Positions 41,957 to 57,230 of a DNA stretch of 64,000 nt are shown here, piece after piece. The notes under the pieces are model-generated. The model worked only from the letters and a program-made list of their open reading frames with translations. It was not told the DNA's origin and searched no databases. Position numbers and translations under genes: made by a program. Source of the DNA: Paraspadella gotoi (lineage: Eukaryota > Animalia > Chaetognatha); NCBI GenBank assembly GCA_051294375.1, contig CM119265.1:13508124-13572123 (forward strand), in the 5' to 3' direction. Each line of letters starts with the position of its first letter. Within the stretch, counting starts at the first letter, position 1.

Positions 41957-43278
41957 GTAGCTCCGGGTGTCACTTCGTGTGGTATCCAACTCATTGTCCA
42001 AGGAGATGTTTTCGCGAAGACGCGACTCGGAAGCAGAACGGCGGGCGCCTGCACCGCCGCCCCGCTCCAAAACGCATCTCCACCCGTGTCCATGATCTTC
42101 GGTACCTCCAGACACCACCTGGTAAGGAGAGAAGCCGGGTCGGGATTCGATTTACTTACTTTTTTAAAAGAAGGAAACAAAGGAGGATCGCCGACTCACT
42201 TTTTTGACTGGATCGTCTTTCTTTTGATTTAACTTACTTTTTTGACTGGATCGTCTTTCTGCTCCGGCGACTCTTCACCAACTTCAGTGATTCGTTGATC
42301 TTGAAGCGAAGTTTTTTGGATTTTGGTGAGGCTGACGAGGTTCGACCCGCAACTCGAGGACGTCCTGGGAAGCAAAATACGTTTTTCACGATCTCTCTCG
42401 TTAATTATAATTTTATACATTTGGTTTAATTAATGCATCTAAAGTTCTCTACCTGTTTCCTATTTTTTTTATAATCACAAATATAGAATACACATGATAT
42501 GTCTTTACAGCGTTATCAAGAAAAGCACAGGGCAATGTTGTAAATATCTAAAATTACGACAAAAAACAAACAAAACAAAACGAATAGTTTTTAATCTTTT
42601 TCGCAGAATGATACTGATATAAACGGTAAGCTTATAGTTATTTAGTTATTTTGGATTATCAAATCCCTCGAACCTTATCGAACATGAGCCTCGTCTTCTG
42701 TCGGCTTCTGGAAGGTTTTCGGTACTTTTTCCGGACCCTTGACTGCTTTGATGCGCTGTCTCTACCGCGTAGTAATACTTTATAGTCTTTTGTTTTCGAA
42801 GGCGGGACGAGTGCGACACTCTGTGTTCTGAAACGTGAATCGCCTGGGGAGACTCCTGTTGGAGAGAAAAACAAAAGGTCGCGTTTTAAGCGAAAAGGTC
42901 TGGACTTCAAAATTTTCTCATCATATTTCCATCATTATCATTCAATTTATAATTATATATCGATTACCTATGACTGTAATTATAGAAATTATCTATGAGA
43001 ATAGCTTGTGAGTTGGAGATTGGGTGAGTTAAGTATTATATAAAACGTCGCCCTTGTACGTACAATGTACAATTGCACATAGTTTTCAATTAGTGTTATC
43101 AACCGCAGTATCAATTTTATTACAAAGCATTTTTAAAGGAGCTGACAGATGAAATTTTGCAAACAGGTTAATTATTACACTCACAACTGACTAATGATTA
43201 ATTTATAGCGAGAACACAACTCGTCTTCGCCAGCGTCATTAATTTTATTTCAGAATATTTTTTTCAAAAATAATTGTC

Positions 43279-43388
<110 letters not shown>

Positions 43389-43389
43389 C

Positions 43390-43450
<61 letters not shown>

Positions 43451-43455
43451 ACTCT

Positions 43456-43534
<79 letters not shown>

Positions 43535-45449
43535 GTCGGGGAAATTCGAATCCGGTTTTAATCCAATTGGATTTCATTTGAGGGAGAACCGCCTCCACGC
43601 TGGAATCCGTATCGAATTTTCAGACGGAAGAATATTCATCACAAATTGGTCTCCCGCCCTCTCACGCCCCTCCCCCCCTTTCCTATCCCCCCCCCCTTAA
43701 AAAAACTGCAGCAGTCGAGCGCGTGTCGAGTTCGCGTCGGCGTCCGCCTTTTCGATGCCGATCGATCTCTCAGCAGCGAATTTGTTCCAGTCAAAGCCTT
43801 TAAAAAATGTTGCCAAATGCCGAACCTAATAATTGCCTCAGTGACATCTGGAACAATGAAATTTTAAAAAAACCAAAAAAAAAATGTGCGTCGTCAATGC
43901 AACTTCAACCTTTGCTGATTCACAAAGTTTCACGTTCCACAATCAAAGAAGCGATTTAAATCACCCATCACCCGAACTCATTACTGACCCAATCAAATGA
44001 ACTTAATACTGACCCAATAAAAATGAACTCATTACTGACCCAATCACCACGAACTTATTACTGACCCATCAATATGAACTTATTACTGACCCAATCAATA
44101 TGAACTCATTACTGATCCAATCACCAGGAACTCATTACTGACCGCTCCTTTTGGGGTTCCCTCGACTCTGGCTTCGTTGGAGCTCGATCTTCCGCGGAGG
44201 TTGCTTTTGAAGGCTAAGGCTGCTTGACTCACTACGAAGGGAAGGAGGGAGACCGTACCTGAGGAAAAAAGGAAAATGGACGAGAGGGGTCGGGGGGGGC
44301 GGAGGGGTGATGAGGAAAGAAAAAAACTGGTTACGTCAGTCTGTCTTTCATTCTTTCTCCTATCTGTCAGTTTCCTTCCTTTCCTTTTTGCCTTCTCCTC
44401 TCTTTTCAAGCGGATCCATATTTTCCCTCCGTGTTATCTCTTTAAATTTTCCTCACGAAATTCACGAATAATCGTATTCTTTTTTACTCTTTATTTATTC
44501 TTCCGAAAGAACTCGTTCGTCGTCGTCTTCGTCGTCGTCTTCGTCGTCGTCGTCGCCGACATCACGTATCATTTTCAATCTTCTTCTTAACTTTATAGTT
44601 ATAATCCTTTTTCATAATATTTTTGTCGATAAAAACGCCAACGTAGCAATAATGAACGATTCCTTAATATTTTTGTTTTCATAAAATTATAGAAAATTTA
44701 CAAAAATTAGAGAAAAAGCCAACATTGATTGGATTATACACATTACACATAGATGTATCGCAATATCGCTATTTGATGTTGACACTTAATAAGTTTTTTT
44801 GAGATAGCCATACCGGTTTAAACGTCAATGCTAACGAAAAATTAAAAATGCAAACGAAACTAGCAACTTAGTATTAAATATAGTAAAGAAATATTATGTG
44901 TTCAAAGCCGTATCGGTATTTTATCGTATCGATATCTTTAGTGTATTTTCTCTAATTATCTATTCTTGATTCATTTCACTTAAAATCCGGCGTCGGTGTT
45001 TGTTGCCATGACGACAAAGCCACCGTCGTCTTGGTCGACTACGTGTAGTCAAGACACGTGGCCTTGCGGGAAAATACGGCGCTGTCAAGCGAAAGTTGAT
45101 GGGTCTGCTAAGCCGAGGTCAGTCTCGGCTCGGCGTTGGAATCGTTTGGGGCAATGTACATGTGTAGTACATATGTTTGTTTAAAAGGCGTTTACGATAT
45201 GGAAATAAATATAACGCACTATTTCAAAACTCTCTTTTAGTTTAAATCGTGTTATTTTCTTGAATAACTTTTCATACACCCGACGACCTTCTTCCATTCT
45301 TTAACCGATCTCTTCCTCCTCCGCCCAACTTCATCCCTCGCCTTTCCCCCCGCTTCCCACCCTCTCCTCTCTCTTTCCTTTCTCCCGAGGACGCGGCTGC
45401 GTTCGACGATACTGGAACCCATGAAGCCAGACAAGCCTCTTCCTCACCC

Positions 45450-45690
45450 ACTCCTACGCGCGGAGCAACTCACTTTTCGGTCGGTCGGTCGGTTTGTCTG
45501 TCTGTCTAACCATCGGTCTTTCTTAATTACATTTTAGAGGCTCATAACTTGGGTAAAATTAAGTTCATATTTGGTTGGAAGGTAAGGTTCCATTAGACCT
45601 TTCACCTGCATATTAATCACACTTTTGAAGTTATGTGATAATCGGAAAATGAATCCACGAAAAAAGTTACAGCAACGCCTTGAACTTGCC
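45450..45690 (+). mobile_element. DINE-1/HINE-like repeat (duplicate at about 38425-38660)
   Basis: (GGTC)n(GTCT)n tract followed by AAATTAAGTTCATATTTGGTTGGAAGGTAAGG, a layout typical of these elements. Confidence 0.4.
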
Positions 45691-47395
45691 AGTTTTTTTT
45701 TTTCTCCTTTTTTTCTCCTCAAGAAAATGTTATTATCTTTACCGACCGAACTTTAACTGTTGACAAAATATCCTCTTGCTTGGAAACCTTCTTAGTGCGA
45801 TACCGGAACTTTCCTTTTTTTTGGGGTTTCCGATATCGGGATTATTCTTGTCGCATCGGGGTCGAAAAACGTTTCCAATTCAGTGTCGCTATTCCTTTAG
45901 TTTTTCTTTTCTTTTTTTTTAGAGATAGGAGGGAAAAAGGGGAGATAAACGCACTCCACCTATTTCAAAACTCTCTTTTAGTTTAAATCGTTTTATTTTC
46001 TTGAATAACTTTTCATACACCCGACGACCTTTTCCATTCTTTAACCGATCTCTTCCTCCTCCGCCCAACTTCATCCCTCGCTTTCCCCCCGCTTCCCACC
46101 TTCATTCCTTTCTCCGGGCTTGGCCGACAGTCGTTCGGTCGTAACCTTGTCAGTCGCAACCATTGTGACGAGCGAGCGCACGCTGAGGCGTTCGATGTGT
46201 ATGTTGAGCAGGCGCTCGAGATTAGACATCCGAGGCCAGTGTATATGGTCTCGTCTCGACCGTAGGCTTCTCATACGCTATGAGTGAAGGAGCGCGTGAG
46301 AGCTCTCCTGGATGTTGGTCTAGTGACGTGAGGTGTGCGGGTGGCAAACTGGAGAAAGTGCGTGATCTTACTGCTGAGAGCTATCGCTCTGGGTACTCAT
46401 GTACAAATTGGAATGTCGAGAGGCTGGAGGAGTCTTTCCGTAGGCATACATCCACACAGGAGGTTACATGATTCGTTAGGCCAGGATCACCTTATATAGA
46501 TTATTTGTCCACGAGCTGATGTTGATTAGGTGAGGTGGAGGATGCAGACCTTGCAGCACCCCGCCATATAACTCACAACGAGAGAGATAAGCCATCCAGG
46601 CGGTAGTTCACAACACTTTCAGATCTTTTTGAACATTATGTGATATTATCGTGATAAATGGATAACGGTTGTATTAGAAAATTGCGGGAGCGTGGAGACG
46701 CGAGCCGCACACGTCATTGAGTGTTGGACCAGACGCGACTCATTCCAGTGTGCGCAATACTGTGTACATATGGGTGTCATGAGTTATGTCTCGATACACA
46801 CGTCACGTGTCGAGCGAGTATGGCTCTCAGAAGACATGTCGAGCCGAGAGAGGAACCAGTAGAGATAATCGGAGGGAGCAGAGCTCTGTCACAGGGAAGA
46901 TAGAACTCTTCGTCTAAACACGATTACCTCACTAGATCGCTACGCAATCTTTCCACACACGTCTTTGTCTCTCAATGGCGCATACTTGAATACTTCAGCA
47001 TCTGTGGCGCTGTGGCCGACATCTGATGAGTCGTCTTCTACTGTCGCACGAGAAGGTTACTGCTCTTCAGCAGTATATGTATCGTATGCTCTTATATACA
47101 CGCGTTGTCGGAGTATCCTCTCTCTGCGCGTAAGGAGTGTATACTCATGGGTATGTCACACTTTGTTATATCGAGGAACAAACGGTTTTTTATATATCGT
47201 TTCTGATTCTGTCCTCTCTCTCTCTCGTCTCTCTCTCTCTCTCTCTCCTCTTTCTCTCTCTCCTCTCTCTCCTCTCTTCGTCTTTGACTCCAGGTAGGCG
47301 GGAGTGGGNNNNNNNNNNNNNNNNNNNNNNNNNGTTTAATTTATTTGTTTGTTTATTTTGTCGCACTCACAAACGGTTTTTTATTCGTTTCTGAT

Positions 47396-47438
<43 letters not shown>

Positions 47439-48532
47439 TCTCTCTCTCTCTCTCTCTCTCTCTCTTTGACTCCAGGAGGCGGAGTGGGGCGTGCGTCAAC
47501 CGTAGCTTGAGAGGCGCAGGGGCCGATCGGCTTCGGAATGAGTCCATCCAATCGGAATTACTATTCAGGCGATCGGGGGGGAAGGTTCTTTTGATCAAGC
47601 TATGCTTCCTAGTTAGAAACGTTTTTTTCGAGATATAAGTTTCATTTCTCGTACAAAAAAATCGGGTGTTAGGACGAATGGAATATGATAATCTCCGAAA
47701 ATTCAATCCTTCAAGTTAAAATGTATTACGAAAAAAGAAGTCGCGTTATCAAAAAAACATCATAATTAATATTGCCAAAAAATTCAAACTGGAAAATAAA
47801 TTAAATCGACGCCTAAGAATAATAAAAAATAAAATAAAAGCTGCTGAATTTTTTTTTTTTTTTGATAAAAAATGTTGTCGGAGCGAAACTCGCCCACTAA
47901 CAATGGTCAACGAGAATATATTTGCGAGAAGCTTTGCCGATTCCAATCGCTGTCCTTCTGGCGTATTTCATCACCGTCCTCGCGCGTTCCATCACTGGTC
48001 ACTCGTCATTGTGCGTGCCACGCCTTTCAAGATGAAGCTCCTCATCTTATCCGCTCTGATGAAATAAATTGTTGAACAACGTTAAAAAGTGAGGCCTTAT
48101 AATAATAATAGTGATAATAAGAAACAAAAATTACGCACAATTTTTATTCTATAATATAATTCACTCGATTATGACAAAAAAAATTGTGACGTAATTCACC
48201 TTTTGAATTAAAAAGATTATTGCGGCCTTATATAAGAACTTATCATAAAGAACAGAAATTCTTCCTTCTCACAAGATAACACTTTTTTTTTTTTGCAATA
48301 ATAATGATCAGTCAAGTAAAAAAAAGTTTAATGAATAATGATTTAAAACTTAGTTGAATGTATGATAAATATCATTGCCACCTTTCATCAAAGACTTCTT
48401 CTGCAACAGAGGATCAACGACTGATGAGACTTGACCTTTCTCTGTCCATGTTAATTCCTGAGAAGAGTGGGAGGAGAGAGGGAGAAAGGAAGAGGGAAGA
48501 GGAAGGGAGGAGAAGCAGAGAAGTAGAGCAAT

Positions 48533-48588
<56 letters not shown>

Positions 48589-50185
48589 AGAGAGCGAAGA
48601 AGAGAGAGAGAGAGAAAAAAGAGGATAGATAAAGGGGAGAGAAGGGAAGAGAAGAAGAAGAAGAGGGGAGAGAAGGGAAAAGGAGGCGGGGCCCCGGAAA
48701 AGAAGGAAAAAGAGAAAAAAGAGAGAGAAGCGAAAAAGAGATAGAATAAGAGAGAGAGAAGAGAAGACGAGAGAGGAGAGAAGTAGTAGGAGAGAGAGGA
48801 GAGAAGAAGAGAGAGAGCTACAGAGAAGAGAAGAAGAGAGAGAGAGAGAGACACCGAAGACACGGAGAAGAGAAAGCGACAGAAGAAGAAACGCGAGATC
48901 GACGAGATGAGGATCAAAGAGAGATCGCCGTCGTTCGTGACGTTCTTGGCGTGGTCAACCGTAGCTTGAGAGGCGCAGGGGCCGATCGGCTTCGGAATGA
49001 GTCCATCCAATCGGAATTACTATTCAGCGGATCGGGGGGGAAGGTTCTTTGATCAAGCTATGCTTCCTAGTTAGAAACGTTTTTTTCGAGATATAAGTTT
49101 CATTTCTCGTACAAAAAAAATCGGGTGTTAGGACGAATGGAATAATGATAATCTCCGAAAATTCAATCCTTCAAGTTAAAATGTATTACGAAAAAAGAAG
49201 TCGGTTATCAAAAAAACATCATAATTAATATTGCCAAAAAAATTCAAACTGGAAAATAAATTAAATCGACGCCTAAGAATAATAAAAAAATAAAATAAAA
49301 GCTGCTGAATTTTTTTTTTTTTTGATAAAAAATGTTGTCGGAGCGAAACTCGCCCACTAACAATGTCAACGAGAATAATTTGCGAGAAGCTTTGACGATT
49401 CCATCGCTGTCCTTCTGGCGTATTTCATCACCGTCCTCGCGCGTTCCATCACTGTCACTCGTCATTGTGCGTCCACGCCTTTCAAGATGAAGCTCCTCAT
49501 CTTATCCGCTCTGATGAAATAAATTGTTGAACAACGTTAAGAAAGTGAGGCCTTATAATAATAATAGTGATAATAAGAAACAAAAATTACGACAATTTTT
49601 ATTCTATAATATAATTCACTCGATTATGACAAAAAAAATTGTGACGTAATTCCACTTTTGAATTAAAAGATTATTCGGCCTTATATAAGACTTATATAAG
49701 AACAGAAATTCTTCCTTCTCACAAGATAACACTTTTTTTTTTTTTTGCAATAATAATGATCAGTCAAGTAAAAAAAAGTTTAATGAATAATGATTTACAA
49801 ACTTAGTTGAATGTATGATAAATATCATTGCCACCTTTCATCAAAGACTTCTTCTGCCAACAGAGGATCAACGACTGATGAGACTTGACTTTCTCTGTCC
49901 ATGTTATTCCTCCGAGAAGCAGTGGAGAGAGAGAGAAAGGAAGAGGGAAGAAGAAGGTGAGAGGAAGAGAGTAAGTAGAGCCCTAAGCAGCAAGAAGGAA
50001 GAGAGAGGAGAGGAAACGGAGACAACGAGACCGCGAGGAAAAAGAGAGAGAGAGACGAATCATGAGACGGAGCACTCGCAAGAGAAGGGAGAAGACCAGA
50101 ACGAGATGAAGACGAGAAGATAGATAGATTAAAGAGGCGATACGACGAGAGAGGAGAGGAGAGAAGACATAGAAAAGAGAAGAGA

Positions 50186-50225
<40 letters not shown>

Positions 50226-51258
50226 AGAGATAGATAAAAGAAAAGGAGAGAGAGAGAGAAGAAAGGAGGAGAGAGAGAGAGAGAGAGAGAGAGATGAGAG
50301 AGAGAGAGACACGAAAGACACGAACGAGAAAGACAGAGAGAAAAGGAGATGACAATGAAGTCAAAAAGAGACGATCCGGTTCGTTCTTGCTGCGTCGCAG
50401 TCTACGTCGTCGTCGTCGTCTGTCGTTCTAATCTCGACGGCAATCACCACATGGAAAACGGTTCCCGGCCGCGTTGGAGCGGCGCCGGCGCCGATTCCGT
50501 ATTTCTTTATCTTCTCTCGTTGCTTCGCGTGGATGGACCGGAATGAGGGGGACTGTTAGAGGAGGAGAGAAGAGAGAGAAGAGAGAGAGACCACGAGAAA
50601 TTCTCACGGAGAGAAAGAGAACGAGGACATGAGAGACGATAGACAAGAGAGAGAACTCATCAAGACCCGCAGCCACAGAGACGACACAACCCACCCGAGG
50701 TGCCACACAACGATACATAACACGACAAGCCCTATTACCACTGGGCGGCGTGCCCCAGGACTGACGCCCGAGACGAGATCCAACCAAACGAGCCGCTACA
50801 CAGACGACCGAAGCAAAGAGAAGACGACAAGACCCTCGAACACTAGAGAGAAAGAACAGACAGAGAAGAGATGAGAAGAGAAAAGCCGCAAAAGGACGGT
50901 CATGCGATCATCCTCAACATTTAGTAAACAACCAAGAGAGCGCGACGCTTATATTGCCCCGGGCGCTCAACCTCTGACTCTGTGAAGTCCCGACTGTCAA
51001 CTCAACTAACAGCGACCCAGTTTGAGAGGCTCGTATTCCTCTTTCTGCATTAAAATTCAAACTTTATCCTTCGGACTACCGTTTTTTTTTCTCTGCTCAG
51101 TTTCAACAACTTTTAGTTTTATAATTGTCTCCAACGCGCTCGTTTTTATATCACAATTTTTCCTTTTCATAATTTATTCAGCTCTCTTTCATTTTTTTTT
51201 TTTTAGCACGACTTTCTCCCTTTTATAATTTTAACCCGTTTTAGTTTTCTTTCTCAAC

Positions 51259-52453
51259 CTCTTTGGCCTTTTCCGTCTTTTTGTCTCTCTTCCTCGTCTT
51301 GAGTTTGACGTAGAAGAAGAGAACTCCGGCGCCGATAAACCCCGTGATCCCTGTCCCCAATAACACTCCGGTCACGATCCACAGAGTGCTGCTCCCTTTT
51401 TTTTATCGTTGGAGCGATGGAAGAGAAAAGGAGGAATATTAGGTTATTATCCTTCCTTATTGCAGAGAAATATACTTTTTTTTATTATCCTTATTGCTAA
51501 AAAAAAAAAATCAAATCGAGTTGCGGCTTTTATGTTAAAAGATTGGGGAAAGGAGGACTATATAGAAAATGACAATTGGAAAGAAAAAAAACACTTCGCC
51601 GTCTGACGCTGCCTTTTTATGGAGGGATGAGGAACGCAATCTAACAAAAGAACATTCCATTGTTTTTTATTTCCTTTTTTAAAGTATTTTTTTGTTCTTT
51701 TTGTGCTCAAAATTTTGAAGAATAAGCCAAAACTAAGTAATTATGTTTTTAAATGAATAAGTCAACTAACTAAAGCAATCCTCTCAAAATAGTGGAATTT
51801 AAATTAGATTTTTCTTAAACCGAACTCAACAAACCAAGCCGGAATTGTCGACCGGGAAAAGCCGATAACGCCGGAAAAAACACTGACCTCCGACGCCGGT
51901 GACGACGCCGAGACAAACGATTCCCGGAAGCAAAAAAGTCGTGGCGAAGGTGAAAGAGGAAATCTTGGAGGTTTTCTTGAAGCAGCCGAGTGGGCCAGCG
52001 ACGGGATCCTAATGATCGAGCCAACGGTTTAGTCGATAAATTATAAGAGAAAAAAATTTAAAAGGATGACTTTTAGACGTCAAATACGATTATCGGACAA
52101 TCGGATCTCGATATCACCGGTTAAAAAATTACAAAAACCTCTGATTTCAACGATTTTTTAGAGGCTGTCTTTGCCGGACTCTTCTCGTGGTCCTCCGTCC
52201 GTTCCTGTGGCAGTCCGAGTACCAGCCTCCCCGCCAATCCGCCCGCCGTCGCCTCCGCCCGACCGTCTGCCATCCTGGGCCATCCGTCCCCTCGGTTGAC
52301 GTTCCTCTCGGCCAGAGTCGGGCTCCGTTCCGCGCTCAGTCGGGCTAAGCGCTTGGCGGGGCTTTCGGCGGGGCTTTGGGCGGGAGTCGAGGCGGGGCGG
52401 GCATCGGCGTCCCCGCCGACTTCGATATCGGGGTCGTCTTCGAAAGGGTTCAT
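51259..52453 (-). CDS. Orphan two-transmembrane (hairpin) membrane protein with an N-terminal NPF-acidic motif; 3' exons unresolved
   Basis: Exons 52453-52139 (MNPFEDDPDIE..), 52008-51888 (..SFTFATTFLLPGIVCLGVVTGVG) and 51395-51259 (GSSTLWIVTGVLLGTGITGFIGAGVLFFYV-KLKTRKRDKK) are phase-compatible. Further candidate exons at about 51044 and 50552 lie in noisy sequence. Confidence 0.7.
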
Positions 52454-52923
52454 TATTCGAGGGACTTCATCGCCGGATCCGATGATAAAAAATTATCACA
52501 TCCTTTTTTCCTCCTATCGATGAAAATCGAAAGTCGTTTGTGGACGAAAAAAAGATTGTGAGCCGAATCGGTAAGTGCCGTCGAAAAGGGAACCGCTTAA
52601 TCCTAAGATTTAGAAAAACGGCCAAGTCCTAAGTTTATGAATTTTGAAAGCGATACGAAGTTTTGGTATACTAGACGGTTCTTTTCGTGCAGTATGGCTA
52701 GGACAGATATTCCTTTATCTCTGACAACTCTTTTGAAATCTGCTAAAACCTAAATAAATACTAGTTATTTATTTTCATTTTTGTATTTCGTGCTTAAGTA
52801 GTTATTAAGCTTAAATATCTTAATTTTCTTATTCTATCTCTTTTTCACCAACTGTCCTCAACTTCTCTTCAACTTTGCCCTCAATCTTTTCACTGCTTTT
52901 GCCTGAACCTTTGTTAGTCCCGA

Positions 52924-53035
<112 letters not shown>

Positions 53036-55335
53036 CTCTTTCTCTTCAGTTTTTCCTTGACCCTTTGTTGGTCTTTATGGTTTCTCTTTTTCCCTCCTTT
53101 CCTTCTTTCTCTCCTTCTATGTCTCTATGTCTTCTATGTCTCGCTCCCATTCGTGAATTCTCTTCTTTTCTGTAAAGAAATAAAGATATATATAAAGCAA
53201 ACCTTTAGTTTTCTTCCACTCCCGTTTTCTATTTCAATTTTAATTTTTCTCTCTTCAACCCTGGGCGAAATGAAAATCTTTTCTACGTATATTTCATGAA
53301 AATTATTATGTCAGTGCTGTTTCTGCTCAGAATTAGAAAGGACGCAATTAAAAAAAAAACAAAAAAAAAAACAAGAGGAAGAGGAGCAAGACCAAGAGAC
53401 AGACAAGAGAGAGACGCTAGACGAGTCCCTGTTGTTGTGGTTTTCACTGTGGAGCGGTGACTTGCGAATCACAAACGGAGTTGGCTACTCGATGGACTCA
53501 TCGGTGAAATGGAGTTTGAAACCTCGCGCGATCCCCTGGGACGAATTTAGGGTGAAACTGGGCGCCAGGTTGTGGGACGACTCAATCGGTCAGGCGCGGC
53601 GCGACGAGGCGTTTCAACGACGCCAATTCATCTATCACAGAAAAACCTCCAGTGGTGATGGGTTTAGTTTAATATCTAAATTGATACGGGCAACAAAAAA
53701 AAGAGAAATTTTAAACGATTATCTTTTTCTCTTTTTTACGGATAATTTGTGACTACTTAAGGCCAGGGATCACTCAATCTAATATTGTAGAAATCTTAAT
53801 TTACTGTATCTTAATCATTTTCTCACATCTTGTAAGAGGTTTTCTATTAAAAAATAATCGAAAACTTTTAAAAATCTACCTAAAATGTTAATAAAAATTT
53901 TAAAAAATTTTTTTTCTCGGTAAAACTAGATTTTCAAAAGAAAAATATTTTTTTTAAATGTAAGCTAAATTTCTACAACCAAATTTTTAACTTAAAACTG
54001 ATTCTTTACAGTAAGCTCAATTTCTACTTTTTATATTTAATTCTTCCTTTGGTACAAGTCCATACTTGGAGTTGTATCACTAATAAGTCTAAAACAAACT
54101 ACTCTACACATTTTTCATATGGGTTTTTTATGCTTTTATGGGTTTTATGAGTTAAAAAACTTATCGAATTTATTTCAATTTGACTTTTTACTTTATATAA
54201 ATGTTAATATCATAAAATAGTTGCCCTATTTTCTAGGAAATCTCTGAAAAAAAAATCAAATCTGAATTTAAAAAAATTAAAAACAGTAAGCCATTTTTTT
54301 AAGACATCGGCGTTGAACAAACTCCATCATCACATCCCGTGCTTGTGTATGTTGTGGTGAATCTTGCAAAAGTAATGAGTACAGAATTTAACTTTCTTGA
54401 CGAAGTGAAGTTAAAAACGAAGAGTTGCAGCTCAAACCACAGGACTCTTCTTGAAGAAAAAAATATCTTGGGCAAGAAAGGAAAGATGGGGAGATTCTAT
54501 GAGCGCGTTTTTGGAAAAATGTTTTTCGTTTCAAAGATATTAAGGAATTTATCCCAAAAATTGACTAAAATAATCAAATTTTCTATGAAGGAAGGCAAAT
54601 TTTGAAAGTATCTTTTCATAGAATTGGAGTTCGTGACCTAAAAGTAATCCATGCCAAATTTCATGAGAAACCGCCTTACCGTTTGGGCTGCAACTCTTCA
54701 AATAGGTTTCTTTTATTTTATATAGTACCAAAAAAATCGAAAAAGCGATAACGCCTTTGAAAAAATAGTAAAGTGAATACATTTTCGGAATCGTCAGGAG
54801 CTCTCCTTTCGAAATCCGAGCTCGGTTTTAGCCTAATTATAATTTGAATTGAGTGATCCCGGACCTTAATAGTACTAAACTACTTATATAGTGGAGGTGG
54901 TCAAGATAAAAATGGCGAACAAAATGAGATGAGTCGAGAAAAACGAATGGAATCGAATTGACTAATTGTACAAAGTGACATTAATTTTTATAAAAAAAAC
55001 TTTAGGTAAAGTTCTTGCGACCGGCGTTTGAACAGAGGGAGCAAAATAATTTCTTAGCGGGCATTGGAATTTTGAAAGAATTCGGCCGGTTAATTTTATT
55101 TTCTTGCTCACTCTTTCTCATATTATGTTTCGTTTTTGTATTGTTTTGAAATCACGCAGCTATCGATATGGGAAAATAATGGTTCTTCATTCGTAGCAGG
55201 TACTCGACTCTAAATTGTAACAGTCACAGATCTCTAAAAATGTGACCTCGACAAAACGCAGATTCGAAAGAACCGGTCTGCCGGTGTCGTGCGAGTAAAA
55301 TTGCAAGTGAAATTGTAGCGAACAAGCGAGAGAGC

Positions 55336-55397
<62 letters not shown>

Positions 55398-55759
55398 AAA
55401 TAGAACCGGGCCGCCTTCCAAAAAATCAATTTTTTCCAGACTCGCACACGAAAATAAAAGAGACGAAATATTTTAATAGAAACTAAACAGAAAATTGGTT
55501 GCTGATTCGGCTAAAACTGATACTAAAGCTGCGAAAGAAAAAAAAAGTAATCATCAGGTCTCCCCCTTTTTTTCATTGTCTCGACTCTCGGTGGTGGGTT
55601 TTAATGAAATTTTGGCCAGATTTGGGGCCAGATTTGGGGCCAGAATGCTTTTGCCTTTGATTCATTTACCATTCGTAGATGGATTTCTTTCAAGGTTCAT
55701 TTCGATCGTCCTTCAAATGGTTCGAGGTTCGAAGGAAATGGAGAAACCGTCGCTGACAA

Positions 55760-55773
55760 CGATGATAATGATA

Positions 55774-55860
<87 letters not shown>
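55760..55860. repeat. (GAT)n microsatellite
   Basis: Pure trinucleotide run. Confidence 0.97.
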
Positions 55861-55862
<2 letters not shown>

Positions 55863-56093
55863 GATGTCGAATGAATCTGGAAATTCACGGCTCTTTTGCT
55901 CTAAAAATCCATGAACCGGATAAATATGCAAAAAAATTTTTTATTACATAGTTAGCTCTCGAGATGACGAAAGTTTTAACCAAACTACAAAAAAAAAGTA
56001 TATTGTTGTACGTAGCTCCATTGGCTTTGGCGACGTCCTCGTCAGCAAGCGCCGGAGCCTCGCTTTTAAAATTAAGATGGAAATTGTTTTTGC

Positions 56094-56228
<135 letters not shown>

Positions 56229-57157
56229 GAGGGAGAGAGAAAAAAAACAGCAAAACGAGTGAAGTTCGAAACTTCACTACTCGGAATTCTGGGGTAGAAT
56301 GGAAAGTTGGTGTAGCGGAAAGCTATTAAGGTCTGCGTTAAGAAGATAAACGCGAAAGTGCAACCGTAGTGAGAGGTTAAAGCTAAATGGAAGGAAAAAA
56401 ATGAATAAAAAATGATTAAGTTGAGGTGGAAGAGAAAAACCGAGAGGAGAAAAAAAAACATATATATATCGGGAAAAAAATAGGAAATACTACGTTCATA
56501 TGACATATCATATTCACGTATTAATTTAATTTAATTATCACTTAGGAGGCCAACCTTTCCGAAATCGGACGGACGGACAGACGGATAGACATAGACCGAC
56601 GGACGAACGGACAGACAGACGGACGGACATCATTTTTTTACAAATAATTTTTAATAATTTAATTTTTTTTAGATGATCTAAATGATTTACCGACATTATT
56701 AGGGGGATGGCTAAAAATCTGGAACTCCGTTTACGGAACTACTGTGTAATAGAGAGAAAGAGGGAATGTGGAATTCGAATTCGAGTCCAGTCGAAATGAT
56801 TCGTCAGAGGAGAAATGCAAACGAGGTCTGAGTTGAAGCTTAACGGCGACTCGATGATCCCTATTGATGTCGTTAGTGAAATTCCGCGGGAATCTCATTT
56901 GGAACTGGAATTGATCTCATGAATGGGTCGATCTTTTATAACATAATTTTACGTTAGAGTTATCGAGTGATCAATTGATCCACTTTACTAATAAGGTAAT
57001 AAAGTAATTTCAATTAAATCGTGACTAATCGCTCACACGACGGAGAATTTACTTTTCTCGTTATTCCATCAGTGGCATTCGAATTGATTTTAAAACGCTG
57101 AAGTCGAGCCGCAGAACACAATGGCTTTGCGGTTTTATTTTTATTTTTTTAAATTTT

Positions 57158-57230
57158 TCCCGCCCTCGTCCTCGCGGAATTGTTCATAGATCCCACGCCC
57201 CCTTCCGGCGACAAAGAGTGTATAAATACT
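57158..57230 (+). promoter_or_regulatory. Candidate Pol II promoter: GC/KLF boxes plus TATA box
   Basis: CCCGCCC (about 57159), CCACGCCCC (about 57193) and TATAAATA (57221-57228), followed by a GC-rich leader. A downstream acceptor at 58352-58353 precedes another GC-rich block. Confidence 0.4.

Noticed and set aside
46100-47200. Novel unique insert within the duplicated block
   Set aside because: It begins and ends as a decaying copy of adjacent sequence and has no coherent ORF. It is most likely a low-quality read segment.
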